Both the position numbers and the translations under genes were made by a program. The notes under the pieces are model-generated. The model was not told the origin of the DNA. It did not search any database and worked only from the letters and a program-made list of their open reading frames with translations. From Octopus vulgaris (lineage: Eukaryota), in NCBI GenBank assembly GCA_951406725.2, contig OX597815.1:31930001-31994000 (forward strand): a stretch of 64,000 nt of DNA, in the 5' to 3' direction. Of this stretch, positions 39,460-53,677 are shown in pieces (the stretch's first letter is position 1; each line of letters starts with the position of its first letter).

Positions 39460-40930
39460 AAGCAGTGAGCTGGCAGAGTCATTAGCATGTTGAACAAAAT
39501 ACTTCGTGGTATTTCGCCCACTTAAATACTTAGTGGTATTTCGGTGAGCTGGCAGAAATGTTAGCACACCGGGTGAAATGTTTAGCGGTATTTTGTCTGC
39601 CACTAAGTTCTGAGTTCAAATTCTGCCGAGTCCAACTGCCTTTCATCCTTTGGGGTCGATTAAATAAGTACCAGTTACGCACTGGGGTCGATGTAATTGA
39701 CTTAATCCGTTTGTCTGTCCTTGTTTGTCCTCTCTGTGTTTAGCCTCTTGTGGGTAGTAAAGAAATAGGTATTTCGCCCTTTGCTATGTTCTGAGTTCAA
39801 ATTCTGCTGAGGTTGACTTTGCCTTTCATCTTTTCAGGGTCGATAAATTAAGTACCAGTGAAATTCTGGGATCGATGTAATTGACTAGTCATCTCACCCA
39901 AAACTTCAGGCTTTGTGCCTATAACCAAAAGAGTTATTATCATCATCATCATCATTATAAAGATGGTGAGCTGGAAGAGTGTTAGCACACCACGTAAAAT
40001 GGTTAACAGCATTTTGTCTGTCTTTACGTTCTGAGTTAAAAATTCTGTCACGGTCAACTTTGCCTTTCCTCCCTTTCAGAAGTTGATGAAACAAGTACTA
40101 GCTGAACACTGGGGTCGATGCAGTTGACTTACCCACTTCCCAAAAATTGCAGGCCTTGTGCCAAAATTTGAAATTAAAAGTGGTGAGCTGGTAGAATCAT
40201 TAGCACACCAGTGAAATTCTTAGCAGTATTTTATCTGACTATACATTCTGAGTTCAAATTCCACCAGGGTTGACTTTGCCTGTTATCCTTTTGGGGGTGG
40301 GGGTCAATAAAATAAGTACCAGTTGAGTACTGAGGTTGATGTAATCGTTTAACCCCTTCCACCAACTTTCAGGCCTTGTGCCTGTAGTAGAAAGGTTTAT
40401 TAGCATCATTATAAGGCAGCAAGCTGGCAGAATCATTGGCATACTAGTCGAAATGCTTAGTAGCATTTCATCCATTTTCATGAATAAGCTAGTGAGCTGG
40501 CAGAATTGTTAGCATGCTGGTCAAAATGTTTAGTGGTTGTTCATTCATTTGTACATTCTGAGTTCAAATTCTGCCATGGTCAACTTTGCCTTTCATCCTT
40601 TCAAGGTCAATAAAATAATTACCAGTTGAACTTTGGGGTTGGTGTAATCAACTTGCCACTGAATTTTCTGGCCTTGTGCCAAAATTTGAAACCATTATTA
40701 TCATCATTAGGATAGTAGTTTGGCAGAATTATGAGAGCATTAGGAAAAATGCCTTCAGGTATTTGTTCCAGCCCTTTATGATTTGAGTTCAAATCCTACC
40801 AAGGTCAATTTTGCCTTTCATTTTTTTTCAGGAACAATAAAATAAAGTACAGGGTAAGTAGGGGGATAATATAATAAACTAAACACCATCCTTCTTCCTA
40901 AATATGTAGCCTTGTGCTTATTTTAGAAAA
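39460..40930 (+). mobile_element. cluster of about 8 head-to-tail or nested SINE family B copies
   Basis: Repeated GAGCTGGCAGAA heads and TTCTGAGTTCAAATTC cores separated by (ATC/ATT)n. Confidence 0.85.
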
Positions 40931-41948
40931 TTTTTAAATTATCATCATCTATATTATCATTATGATTATCATTATCATCAACGGCAGCAGCTGTGAAATG
41001 TTGATGTTGGTGTTGGTGTTGATGAATAGCATAGCTAGGGGACTAGGGGCAACCTGGGAGATGCTTTTATAGGAGTGTCACTTTTGGGGGTCTACTGTAT
41101 GAGCTAATATAGGCTTGTGGGGTGCAGATTCAAGAGCTGCCCTAGGCTACACTACTTTGTTAATGTTGATGGTAACAGTACTTGAAACATATTTGGTAGT
41201 TAGGAGTTGAAGAACTGACCAACACGTGTTTCAACTATCTTAAGACTTGTCAAGGCCACTCACTTCCGTTCTCAGCTGTTGATCTTGCAAAGTGTAAATT
41301 TCCTAATGGAAAATGTAAACAAACTATTATTAGTGTAACATTATTTACATAATGTAAGTCTGACCGACAAGATTAATTGTTCATAAGAGGATTTACTTTT
41401 AATAACTTCAATAGCTGGAAGCTGAGGAGTGTGGCCTTGAAATTTGTGTTGGTTTATACTTTAACTTCGAGTTATCAAAAGCACTGTTAGTTGCTCACAG
41501 TGTATTTTCACAGCATAATCAACCTGGGAAACTCAGATATGGTATAGGGTCCTTATGTATTTTGTAGAATGCTTAAAACTTCCAAGCAAGTTATAAAATA
41601 AACTAATAATAATCTCTATAATTTCCCAAAGTTTTCTGGAGAATACTGAACAGGCAACATATGAAATAACCAAAATGTTGTCACTGATCAGCAAGATAAT
41701 AAATGTAATGTTAGGATCAAAATGAAGAAAATATCTATCAATAAATTCTTGGCAAACTGAATATGGTGGGGACTACAACCTGGGTTTCCATGTCTGGGAG
41801 TGACAAAGGATTCAGTGACTTTCACAATATTTTTTCATTATCTAACACAAATACCTTCTACTATAGCCCTGAACCAAATAAAGCCTTGTAACTAGATTCA
41901 AGTACACAGGAACTGAAAGAAGCTCATGATATAAATATACATATATGA

Positions 41949-42403
41949 TGAGCTTAAACAATAGTAGCATTGTCCTTTATAGGATCGCCACATTCTGTTG
42001 ACAAATAAAATTTACTCTTCTGTACTGCTACTGTATGTCTCTTGCTGAGAAATTTAACACAGGTTGTTTTTCTCAGCGACTGTGTGTTGCTTAAAGAATA
42101 TATAGTGTTTGCGAGTGGAGAAAGCTTTCATCAACAGCCAGTGATTGTCTCACACTGAGGACTGTAGCCACTCAGAAACCATGGTCTGTGAGTATCACAT
42201 AAGGCTGGAGATGGGAGTGATGACCTCCCTTGCAAACACCATATGGACACAGACTATGTGTCAATAGCCAGCTGGAAAAGATGTTTTCCTGGGGCTTAAA
42301 CAACAGTAGCATCATCCTTTATAGGACTACCACATTCTGTTGGCAAATAAACTTTACTATTTGGTACTGTTACTGAATATTTCACGCTGAGAGATTTAAC
42401 ACA
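41949..42403. mobile_element. small element with about 113-bp terminal direct repeats (TRIM-like or Penelope pseudo-LTR)
   Basis: 41949-42061 and 42290-42403 are imperfect direct repeats, each TG...AATAAA...CA, around a 228-bp spacer. Confidence 0.55.
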
Positions 42404-43842
42404 TATATGTATATGTATGTATATGTATGGTGGTGGTGTTGATAGTGGTGCCGCCGCCTGTACCTTGTCGAGTTTCAGGATATAGGATAAAGATCATTCC
42501 CAAGTCATATAGACTTATAGGCCCAGTTTTATGGTTTTTGTGGTGTATATATTCCCCACTGGACAGAGCGCCGGTCCATCACAGGATTACTAATTTTTGC
42601 CAGCTGTGTGGCCTGGAGCAACATGAAATGAAGTGTTTTGCTCAATGTGTTGCCCAGTCCAGGAATTGAAACTACAATCTTACAATCATGAGCCCAACTC
42701 CCTATCCACAAAGTCACATGCTTTCTGTAGAGTTTCAGTTTAATATAATATGAAGTATATCTACAGAATGACTATGCATTAATGCTAACTATTAATTGTT
42801 AGCAGGACCAATAGAAATTCCCTTTATTTTAAATGTTCATATTTTTATTTTGATGCAGAAATTTATAGATTTTCATAACATTGTTCCATCATATTAAAGC
42901 TTTTGGCTATAATTTTGATATCATTCAATAGTTAAATTGATTAAAGTGCATACCACTTAAACAACACATCATGATGAGTAGAGTAGATAGAGATTATCAC
43001 ATTGTTAATTACTTTGAATATTGTGATGTTAAATGATGATAATTCTGTATAGAAAATCAATAGTAAATACACAAAACAGAAGACAGGAAAAGAGGCAGAC
43101 CTGCAGGCAAACAAACATATAAAAGAAAAGGTAGACAGACAAACATAAAATAAAGACAGGCAGATAAAACATATTCTTTCTTCTATAGGATATAAAGCTT
43201 GAAATTTTGTAGGAGATGGGGCGAGTCAATTATATCAACTCCAGTGGTCATCATCATCATCATCATTTAGCATCCGCTTTCCATGCTGGCATGGGTTGGA
43301 TGGTTGAACTGGGGTCTGGGAAGCCAGAAGGCTGCACCAGGCCCAGTCTGATCTGGCAATGTTTCTACAGCTGAATGCCCTTCCTAACGCCAACCACTCC
43401 ATGAGTGTAGTGGGTGCTTTTTACGTGCCACCGGCACAGGTGCCAGACGAGGCTGGCAAACGGCCACGATCGGATGGTGCTTTTTACGTGCCACCGGCAC
43501 GGAGGCCAGGCGAGGCTGGCAACGGCCACGATCGGATGGTGCTTTTTACATGCCACTGGCACGGAGGCAGTCGGGGCGGCGCTGGCAATGGCCACGTTCG
43601 GATGGTTCTCTTATGTGCCACTGACTCTGGTATCACAGCTACGATTTCCATTGATGTTGATCGATTTTGATTTTGATTTTGTAAGCGATGAAAAGCAAAG
43701 TTGATCTTGGAGGAATTTGAACTCAGAACATAAAGACAGACAAAATGCTTTGCAGCATTTTGTCCAGCATTCTACTGATTCTGCCAGCTTGCCACCTTAG
43801 ACAGGTAAAACATATAAAGTAAACATATAAAGTGTAACAAAC

Positions 43843-43975
43843 CTTCCCGATCCATGCAGCCCCTCGAAAGACACAGAAATAAATAATAATCCAAGTGGCA
43901 AGTAGGACAAGACTGAGGTGCCATACTAGGGTACCACTCTCACCAATATGTTCAGTTCTCTCCAAGACATCAAGA
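43843..43975 (-). CDS. divergent SLC6 exon (EL2 end-TM4)
   Basis: CTTCAG/GTTTGT; 133 nt (conserved size); LDVLERTEHIGESGTLVWHLSLVLLATWIIIYFCVFRGAAWIGK. Confidence 0.95.
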
Positions 43976-44215
43976 CTGAAGAAAAAAAGAAAAAATATTT
44001 ATAACCAAACTGTAATGTAAGATGGAAAGAAAGAATATTTTCAAATTAAATTATTTCACTTCGTTTGAGTAAATAATGTTCTCCATAAGGAAATGACATC
44101 GCAAAATTTCATTTTTAAGTCCCTACAATCAGAGACCCTCTTCTTAATTCGTAATTAGTTTTCAGTGCTTCCATTTTTGGGCCCAGCAGGATATTCAGGA
44201 TGCAACTAAAAGAAA

Positions 44216-44252
<37 letters not shown>

Positions 44253-46345
44253 GGGACCTTCAGTATCATTACGGGGATATTTATTTCCCAGCAAAGTAAA
44301 CCAAAGCAATGTGAAATGAGTTGCTTTACTTAAGGACACCCTGCACCACTTAGTTCAGGAATTGAACCTTTGACCACAGTCTTGAGCCCAAAGCACTAAC
44401 CACCAGGTTACATGCCTTTGGTATCATAATTAAAAGAGTGTGTGTGTTGACAGTAGCACTAAAAGTGCATGTGTTGTTAAGTAAGTGGGATTGGCCTGGT
44501 ACAAAGCCTTTTCTCATTTTAAAAAGCTTCAGGCATAGGTATTGCTTGATCTTTAACTTCTCTATTATGTGTTACATACTATGGTTGGCTATAGTCCTAT
44601 CCTGGACAAACACTCCAGAGGGAGTGTTTTTCCAGGATAGGACTACACAGCCACAGCAGGAAATGTATCAGGACATGAAATGTAAAAGCCGGACTAGACT
44701 ACTTTATGCGCAACTCCATTGTCTCCCGAGACAAAAAGGATGCCAACCAAGTCAAGAAAGGCAAAACACTAAATGAAAAATTCCATAGTTGAATGAAGGC
44801 ATGGTGGTGGTGGTGGTGGCGGTGGCAGTGGTGGTGGTGGTGGCAGTGGTGGTATATGAAACAGACATACATTTGAAGATAGAAGTTTCCCCGAAATACT
44901 TCTAATGTCTGGAACCAATTTTACAAAAAGTTGTTCACTTTCTCATTAAATTAGTGAACAATGTAACAAACGCTGGTAATTGCTACAAGCAACGCTCTTA
45001 TTGGTCACAGAGATTTCTGGCATTGCCATATTGATCACCTCATACTATGGTGTGACTAAATAGTTTCTGAATAGCTCAGGTTAGTTCTGGTCAAGCAGAC
45101 CTGTAAGTTAGAGTATGTATGTGAATAGTAATAACTGTTGATGACTCATAAACACACGAAGCCATATATAGCATACTTATATATATCATTAGACTATGCT
45201 TCTTGTATATATTGGTATTTTTGAAAAAAACACATTTTTCAAGCAGAATTTAAGCAAGATGCTCACAGATATATCACCAATGTAGTGAATGAGAGAAGCT
45301 TGGTCTGCAATATCTGCAGACATATATGTTAATCAAGAGCTGGGCTAATTAGTCACCAGCGAAACCACAAGCGTAAAGTATAAATTTGTCTGAGTGCAAT
45401 CATCATCATCATCATCATTATCATCCTTTAACATCTGTTTTCCATGCTGGTATGGGTTGGACGATTTGATCAGAGTTGATAATCTGGGGAGCCGCACCAG
45501 ATTCCAGTTTGATTCGGCTTGCTCCCTTCATCTGAATGCTCTTCCTAATGCCAACCACTTTACAGTGTATGCATGGTGCTTTTAACATGGCACCAGCACA
45601 AGCAGTTTCATGTGGCACTGACACGAGTGCTTTTTACATGTCACTGACACAGGACTCTTGAATGCCAATCCTCTTCACCAGGGGGAGTGACCTTAACACT
45701 TCTGCTGAGGACGGGTTTTCTTGAGTATAGTAAGGCACCATGTATCTTGGTCCTTTGACATCTCATCTGAAAGGTTCAGCATCCTAAGGTCATCTGTTTT
45801 CAAGTATCGGTGACGGTCTTCATTGATCATGAGCGAACAGCAGGGGGTGGACTGAGCTGTCAGTTAATCGGGCACTATCCAAGAGCCTGGAGCTCTGAGG
45901 GGCCCACAATCTACATGTTAACTCTCTTTGTTATCAAAGCTAAAGGGCCCAGTGAACAGTTATTCCCGAGGGACCTTAAAACTCTCAGTCTGCTCCTGGT
46001 GGACAGCTATCATCATGTATGCATGTTGATATGCATACATGCATCCATTCATCCAACCAACCAGCCATCCAGCCACCCACCCAACACAGTTACTATTCTC
46101 TAACCAAAGGAGGTACTCATTCAGTACAAATATCTGTGTGACATTTGGACAAGTGTGTTTCTGTGAAACAATATGAAGCAATTATCCTAATATTTTTCAG
46201 TTTTATTCAGTCAAATGTGTTTTCTTTTACTCTCATCCCTTCCTTTCCTTGTCTGGTCTTTAACATATGTGCAAATATTATGCACATGCACACAAGCATG
46301 TAAGTAGACACATGTATAAACACATACACGCACATTTATATATGT

Positions 46346-46385
<40 letters not shown>

Positions 46386-46496
46386 TTTTATAAATAAGGA
46401 TAAGATCGTTAATTTAAAATAAAATAACGATTTTATCAAGTGGCCAGCATGGAAAAAATAGCCTTCAAAGGTAATAATTATTAAAATTTTCTGTGT

Positions 46497-46555
46497 ATTC
46501 TACTGATGAGGCAAAGCATTCCTAAATGCAAAGCCAGAAATCCGGGATCTAGAAT
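46497..46555 (+). ncRNA. minimal type-I hammerhead ribozyme-like motif
   Basis: ATTCTA-CTGATGA-GGC..GCATT cct AAATGC..GCC-A-GAAA-TCCGGGA-TC-TAGAAT; 6-bp stem I, AUC triplet, one extra A before GAAA. Confidence 0.6.
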
Positions 46556-46693
46556 TATCCAGTAATTTATTACTAGCTTCATCTTGTCTCTTTGTTTTCT
46601 CTCCGTGTTTACGATATGGACAATTAAGATGGTTTTAGAGTCAGATCATGGCTGCTATTTTCAGCATGGTGGTATCTCGTAGATACCTTAATT

Positions 46694-46726
<33 letters not shown>

Positions 46727-46865
46727 CATCATCATCATCGTTTAACGTCCGCTTTCCATGCTAGCATGGGTTGGACGGTTCAACTGGGGTCTGGGAAGCC
46801 CGAAGGCTGCACCAGGCCAGTCAGATCTGGCAGTGTTTCTACAGCTGGATGCCCTTCCTAATGCC

Positions 46866-46900
<35 letters not shown>

Positions 46901-47088
46901 GCAGGGACAGACAGACAAACAGATCAACAAACATAGATAAATATATGCTTCTGTGTATGTATATATACATATCCATGTATGCATATGTATATACCCACAC
47001 ATAATACGTATGTATGTATATTCATATACACACATACATGCATAAATATGCATAAATATATGTGTGCATGTGTGTAAATGTGTATATA

Positions 47089-47252
47089 GGCGCAGGAGTG
47101 GCTGTGTGGTAAGTAGCTTGCTTACCAACCACATGGTTCCGGGTTCAGTCCCACTGCGTGGCATCTTGGGCAAGTGTCTTCTGCTATACCCCGGGCCGAC
47201 CAATGCCTTGTGAGTGGATTTGGTAGACGGAAACTGAAAGAAGCCTGTCGTA

Positions 47253-47319
<67 letters not shown>

Positions 47320-47521
47320 TTGTGTGTCTGTGTTTGTCCCCCTAGCATTGCTTGACAACCAATGCTGGTGTGTTTACGTCCCCGTCACTTAGCGTTTCAG
47401 CAAAAGAGACCGATAGAATAAGTACTGGGCTTACAAAGAATAAGTCCTGGGGTCGATTTGATCGACTAAAGGCGGTGCTCCAGCATGGCCGCAGTCAAAT
47501 GACTGAAACATGTAAAAGAGT
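47089..47521 (+). mobile_element. SINE family A
   Basis: Full-length copy. Confidence 0.9.
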
Positions 47522-47759
47522 AAAAAAAAGAGAGTATACATATACACACATAAATGCACACATACATATGCACATGTATGTATACGTGTGTCTGTGTGTG
47601 TGTGTTCGTTTCAATACATTAGTGCATTCAAAGTCACAAACATTGCATTGTGGCTGCATTCTTGTATACAAGCAAAGCCATTGCTACAAAGAATCATTGA
47701 AATGAGTCATTGATAATGCAGTATGAAGCCCTTATGGAACTCTTGAGCCCCATCAAAAG

Positions 47760-48730
47760 TTTGCAGAAGGTATTGGTGCCATAGAATGAAGTCTTTTGAC
47801 AAGCCTTTTTAATCCTCCAACTAAGCAGCATACTTTCCACAGTCTGTTGTCAACAATAACTGTATCATAATTTACAAGGGGTTCATTTCCATGGCTTCTT
47901 TGATGACTGACCAGGCCTGCCTGACTTAAATATTTCTTCCTATAAATCATGCATGTAAAAATCAATACTCTTTCATTTTCTAGTGATTCATTCTTTCTCG
48001 GTTTTCTCCTGATCTTCTCATGTTTCATTCTCTCTCTTTCAAACTTCAAGTAATTCCTGCACACTCTTTCCCTCCTTCTATTCCATTTTTGTGCTTTCCT
48101 CTCCCAATCAACAACTGAAACTCCTGTCTGTGTCAGAGCAATTCTGAGACAGTCCTTGAAACATATTTTGGGTTTACTCTTTACTCTTTTACTTGTTTCA
48201 GTCATCTGACTGTGGCCATGCTGGAGCACCGCTTTTAGTCGAGCAAATCAACCCCAGGACTTATTCTTTGTAAGCCTAGTTCTTATTTTATCGGTCTCTT
48301 TTGCTGAACCGCTAAGGTATGGGGACATAAACACACCAGCATCGGTTGTCAAGTGATGTTGGGGGGACAAACACAGACACACAAACACATATACACACAC
48401 ACATATATATATATATATACATATATACGACGAGCTTCTTTCAGTTTCCGTCTACCAAATCCATTCATAAGGCTTTGATCGATCCGAGGCTATAGTAGAA
48501 GACACTTGCCCAAGGTGCCACGCAGTGGGACTGAACCTGGAACCATGTGGTTCATAAGCAAGCTACTTACCACACATTCACTCCTATGCCTAGCTTTTCA
48601 AAATTTTTCAGCCCACCATGCAAAAGTTGCTTAGGAAATCTTTTATTATTCATTTTCACCAGATGCCCACCCTACCTCAAATGTCTTTGTAGAACAACGG
48701 ATTCTACACTGCTACTGCAGCTTCTCTGAA
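47760..48730 (-). mobile_element. RTE/BovB-like LINE C-terminal fragment interrupted by SINE A (48175-48590, minus strand)
   Basis: KPKICFKDCLRIAL...DWE...FTCMIYRKKYLSQAGLVSHQRSH (C2H2-like RTE tail). Confidence 0.75.
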
Positions 48731-49189
48731 GTAATTCTACATCACTGATCACTATTCCCCATTTTATCCCATACACGCATACATATATACATACATGTAT
48801 ATGTATACGTGTGCATTTGTTTTAGTAAATTAGTGTATCTAAAGTCACATACATGCATAATTGCATGTAACAGTTGAGGCAGTGCTATATTCAAAGGTAG
48901 TGCTGTCGTTATTGTCGGAGTTGTCAAGGTTGCATGGCAGATGAGATGGGAGGCTTTTAGAAGCTAAAAGAAAGTGATTTGAATCCCTAGGAGGAAGAGG
49001 AAAACAGTCAGCAAGAGTTCCGTTTTCTGTAAGTAATGTAATTGATAGATACACAAGATATATGAGCATTTTGCTGGAAGGCTGACAAATAACTAGTTCT
49101 TTGTATCACTTTGGTTTACTGCACTTAGATACTGAGCTAATATCTGTCATATGTGATTTAGCTTGCAGAAGAGATATGCATATACATAT

Positions 49190-49384
49190 TCGCACACACA
49201 AACACACGCACACACAAACACATGCACACACACACACAAACACAACACACACGCACACACACGCAAACACACACAAACATACACGCACAAACACACACAC
49301 AAACACACTCACACAAGCACACACACACACACACACAAACGCACACACACACACACAAACGCACACACAAACACACACACACAA

Positions 49385-49447
<63 letters not shown>

Positions 49448-49500
49448 TGCACATGCACACACGCACACACAAACACACAAATACACATGCACAAACACAA

Positions 49501-49565
<65 letters not shown>

Positions 49566-49700
49566 TGCACACGCACACACGCACACACAAACACACACAC
49601 AAATACACATGCACAAACACAAACACAAACACACACACACAAACACACACACAAACACACATATACACACACAAACACACACACACACACACACAAGCGC
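49190..49700. repeat. degenerate (CA)n/(CAAA) microsatellite
   Basis: Directly visible; source of the HTHT/CVCV ORFs. Confidence 0.95.
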
Positions 49701-49854
49701 ATATCCAAACACATGCACATGTATACAAATATACACACGCATAGATATGCATATGAATACATTTATAAACACATGCATATTCATTATACATGTTTTTGGA
49801 AGAGCGCACGTGTCCATAGACAAAGAAACAGAAAGTTGATTGGTATATGTGTGT

Positions 49855-50041
49855 GTGTGGCTGTGTGGTAAGTAGTTTGCTTCCCAGCCACATCGTCCTG
49901 GGTTCAGTGGGTTCAGTCCCACTGTGTGGCACCTTGGACAAGTGTCTTCTTCTATATCCTCAGGTCAAACAAAACCTTGTGAGTAGATTTGGTAGACAGA
50001 AACTGAATGAAGCCAGCCATGAGTGTGTGTGTGTGTGTGTG

Positions 50042-50121
<80 letters not shown>

Positions 50122-50356
50122 TGAGTGAGTGTGTATGTGTGTGTGTGTGTGTCTTGTGTCTCTTTTTGTCCCTCATCACTGCTTGACAACTGGTGCTGGT
50201 GTGTTTTCATCACTGTAACTTAGCAGTTCAGAAAAAGAGATCGATAGAATAAGTAGCAGACTTTAAAAAAAAGTATTGATATTGATTCATTTGACTAAGA
50301 TACCTCAAAGCATTGCTCCAGCATGACTGTAGTCTAATGACTGAAATGAGTAAAAG
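49855..50356 (+). mobile_element. diverged SINE family A with (TG)n
   Basis: Head and tail both recognisable. Confidence 0.8.
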
Positions 50357-50421
50357 ATAAATTATTCAAAATACACTCACACATAAACATGCTATATAAA
50401 GATTATATGAAGTCCACTTAC

Positions 50422-50469
50422 TTTAAATAACGGTCAGCACCTGAATCATATATCCCAATGATTGATGGC
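50422..50469 (-). CDS. divergent SLC6 48-nt exon (short EL2)
   Basis: CATTACAG/GTAAGT; phase 2-2; (W)PSIIGIYDSGADRYL(N); joins 55114 and 43975 in frame; SGADRYLNLDVLE aligns to SPxEEFWERxVL. Confidence 0.75.
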
Positions 50470-50713
50470 CTGTAATGAAGTTAAATAGAAATGTCAGCAT
50501 ATATATATGTGTGTATGTTTGTGTGTGTGTGTGTACATACAGGTATACATACACACACACACATACATATAATGAGAATCTATGAATATGAGTACTTATA
50601 CACGTGTATACACACATGCATATACACACAAACATAAAGATATATATACATAGACACATAGATGTATAAACAATACATATTCATATATATATATATATAT
50701 ATATATATTATAC

Positions 50714-50800
<87 letters not shown>

Positions 50801-50870
50801 ATATGTTACATTTACTCAATAGTCAAGATAAAACTCTGAGTTTCAGATGCCGAAGTGGAAATCCACAACA

Positions 50871-50903
<33 letters not shown>

Positions 50904-53516
50904 AAATTGAAGGAATGGAGTAGATAAAATCCAGGTTACATATGTTTCTTAGCTAGCAGAACCTTGGAAGTAATAATTACTTGATGAGGTGTTCTCCACT
51001 AGCTATTCATTGGGCTGAAGATACCTTCGTTAAAGGAAGGTTTTTTTCCCCCCATATCAAAACTTCAATATGAGAAAAACCTACAACCTTCTATGACAAT
51101 AAACTATTATTGTTCCTGATAGTTGTTTTTAATCATTGATTTGAAAAGAGGGGATAAACGCAATTCAGATATTTTTTTATTTAATTTCAATTTAACTCTA
51201 AACCCTACAAAGAGAGACTGATGAGCAACATATTCTGAAACAATTGTCAGTTTATTGTAGAGCAGAGGATATAAATATCTGGACAATTAACTTTCAGTAT
51301 ACACACAAATGCATATGACAATGAGAGAGCTCCTTACATTTTCATCCAACTTGCTAGAAATAATAACTAAATCACTCTTAAATCACTATCATCTCAAGAA
51401 AGACTGGCACATTAAATAATGTGAGCTTAGATATATTATGTATTAGTAAAAGAAAGAAGGAAATTACGATGAATGAAATATTGCTTTCAAATATTGGCAC
51501 AAGGCCAGAAATTTCAAGGTAGGGAGTAAGTCGATTACATTAACCCTGTGTGCAACTGGTACTTATTTTATTGACCTCCAAAAGGATGAAAGGCAAAGTT
51601 GACCTTGGAGGAATTTGAACTCAGAATGTAGCGATGAACAAAATGGTGCTAAGCATTTTGCTTGGCATACTAACGATTCTGCCAGCTTGTCATCTTATGA
51701 TGACTGAAATATTAAGTACTGATTAAATGCCCTGCTCTGTTTGGTTTCATTCTTCCCATACAGGAGTTTACATCTTGCCAAGGTAGATTTTTTTACCTTT
51801 CATGCTTCTATGGTTGACAGAATAAATAACTCTAACATAACAGTGTAAATATGTAAAGTATTGTTTGACTTGCATCCCACTATGATTGATGGAACAAATA
51901 CCAGTAATATCATATTATCACGTGACCAACCAGGCTATCAGATGTTACACATCACTGGTCACAATGTGCTTTTGCATTGTTTTAGCCTTCAAATGATGCC
52001 ACCCTACTGGCTAGGTGAGCAAGCCAACATTCCCTCCTGGTCAAAAGAAGGACTGGAGCAATGTGAAATGAAGTCTTTTGCTCAAGAATACAATGCTTTA
52101 CCCACTCCAGGAATTGAACCCATAATCACTGGATTGTGGGTGCAACAGCCTAACTACTAGGCCACACGCCTTCACCAGTAATATATCAATGTAAATTCAA
52201 TCAAGTATATTCTTTCCTTACAAACTGTAATTCATCCCCACCATAAGAAATCTTTACTTATGGAGTAAGAAAACACTATCATATAGTATCAGACTACTAT
52301 TGAAGGAAATTTGTTATTTCATTTCAATGGTAGGTGAGAATTTTCCCCCTTCATTCATATAATATTTTGTATCAATTTTTAGATATTTCTGACCCAGTTT
52401 GTAAAGTGCCCTGTTCATATTAACAGAAAAGTGTTTCAAGTTTAACATTCTGCCAATAGTTATCAGGTACATTTTTAATACAACTAAAATAATTATCATA
52501 GAGTACTTATTTTTCCAACCCTCAGTGGGATAAAAGGTAAGCTGATAATTTATTTTTAAGTTGGCAAAAGGCCATTTTTTGTTTGTTTGGAAGAAAAGCA
52601 CAGTATAGGATCTTAAGTTACCATCAGTGGAGGGACTGATATGGGAAGCTGAACCCTGACTCTATTTGAATTCAAAACCACAGGGAGCTAATTGAGCTGC
52701 CATAAAACATCTTAGTCAGGCTCCCTGTCATATTCATCACCTCCATTGCTCTGTTGATATTCAGACAGACAGTTTCTTACAAAAGCATGAAGTCTCATAT
52801 TTATATAGAAAGGGATACAAAGTGTTGTTTCGTTCATATTTTTCTTGTCTCACGTGCATATTAGTGATGTAAGCGAAGCAATTCCAAATGGGAATTGAAA
52901 CTGTATTAATGTTGATATGGAAATGCAAGAGGCATAATATCCAAGAAGCAAAGATTGCTAAAATAAAGACAGGAAGTCACTTAATTATTTTGGGGAAAGA
53001 AGACAGGAAATAAATCGAAAGAAGCTTTGACACCACATTCTACAGATGTCGAGTAATTTAGCTTATCAGTTTAGTTTTTCTTTTTATAAAAAGAAGAAAT
53101 TAAAGAATATATATATTTTGCTGATTTTAATCAACTTTGTTAATTCCCTTGAGGGAACATGATTTTAAAGAAAAACGAAATCAGAGTGATGAATATGATT
53201 GTATCATGTTTGAAAAGGATCAGATTTATAACCATAATATACATGATATACTTCAAGCCAGGAAATCTTAATTTTTGATGACTATGTTTTGATTATTTAC
53301 GTTTCTAAAATAACAATTCTCTTATTGAAAGGTGATAGTCAAAGATACAGGAAGACTAACAGGGTTTGCGATAACATGTCTAACATCTTACTTGTGTCTG
53401 GTGTTTATCTACAGTTAAAAACTCTGGCTTAAGGGATCAACTGGAAGAGATAATTTTTAGCCAGTTGTGATCAGCCATTCAGTGCAAAAAGCGATGATTG
53501 CACATGTAGTGTGAAA

Positions 53517-53549
<33 letters not shown>

Positions 53550-53632
53550 TTGTCCCACCCATGCTAGCATGGAAGGCAGACGTTAAACAAGGCTGATGAT
53601 GATGATATCATCTTCAATGATATACATGGATA

Positions 53633-53677
<45 letters not shown>

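Noticed and set aside
48855-49026. Possible extra SLC6 EL2 exon (ENGTLADCFPLPP...LPCNLDNS..., Cys and sequon containing)
   Set aside because: Needs phase-1 entry while flanking exons are phase 2; joining gives a stop; the gene splices cleanly without it
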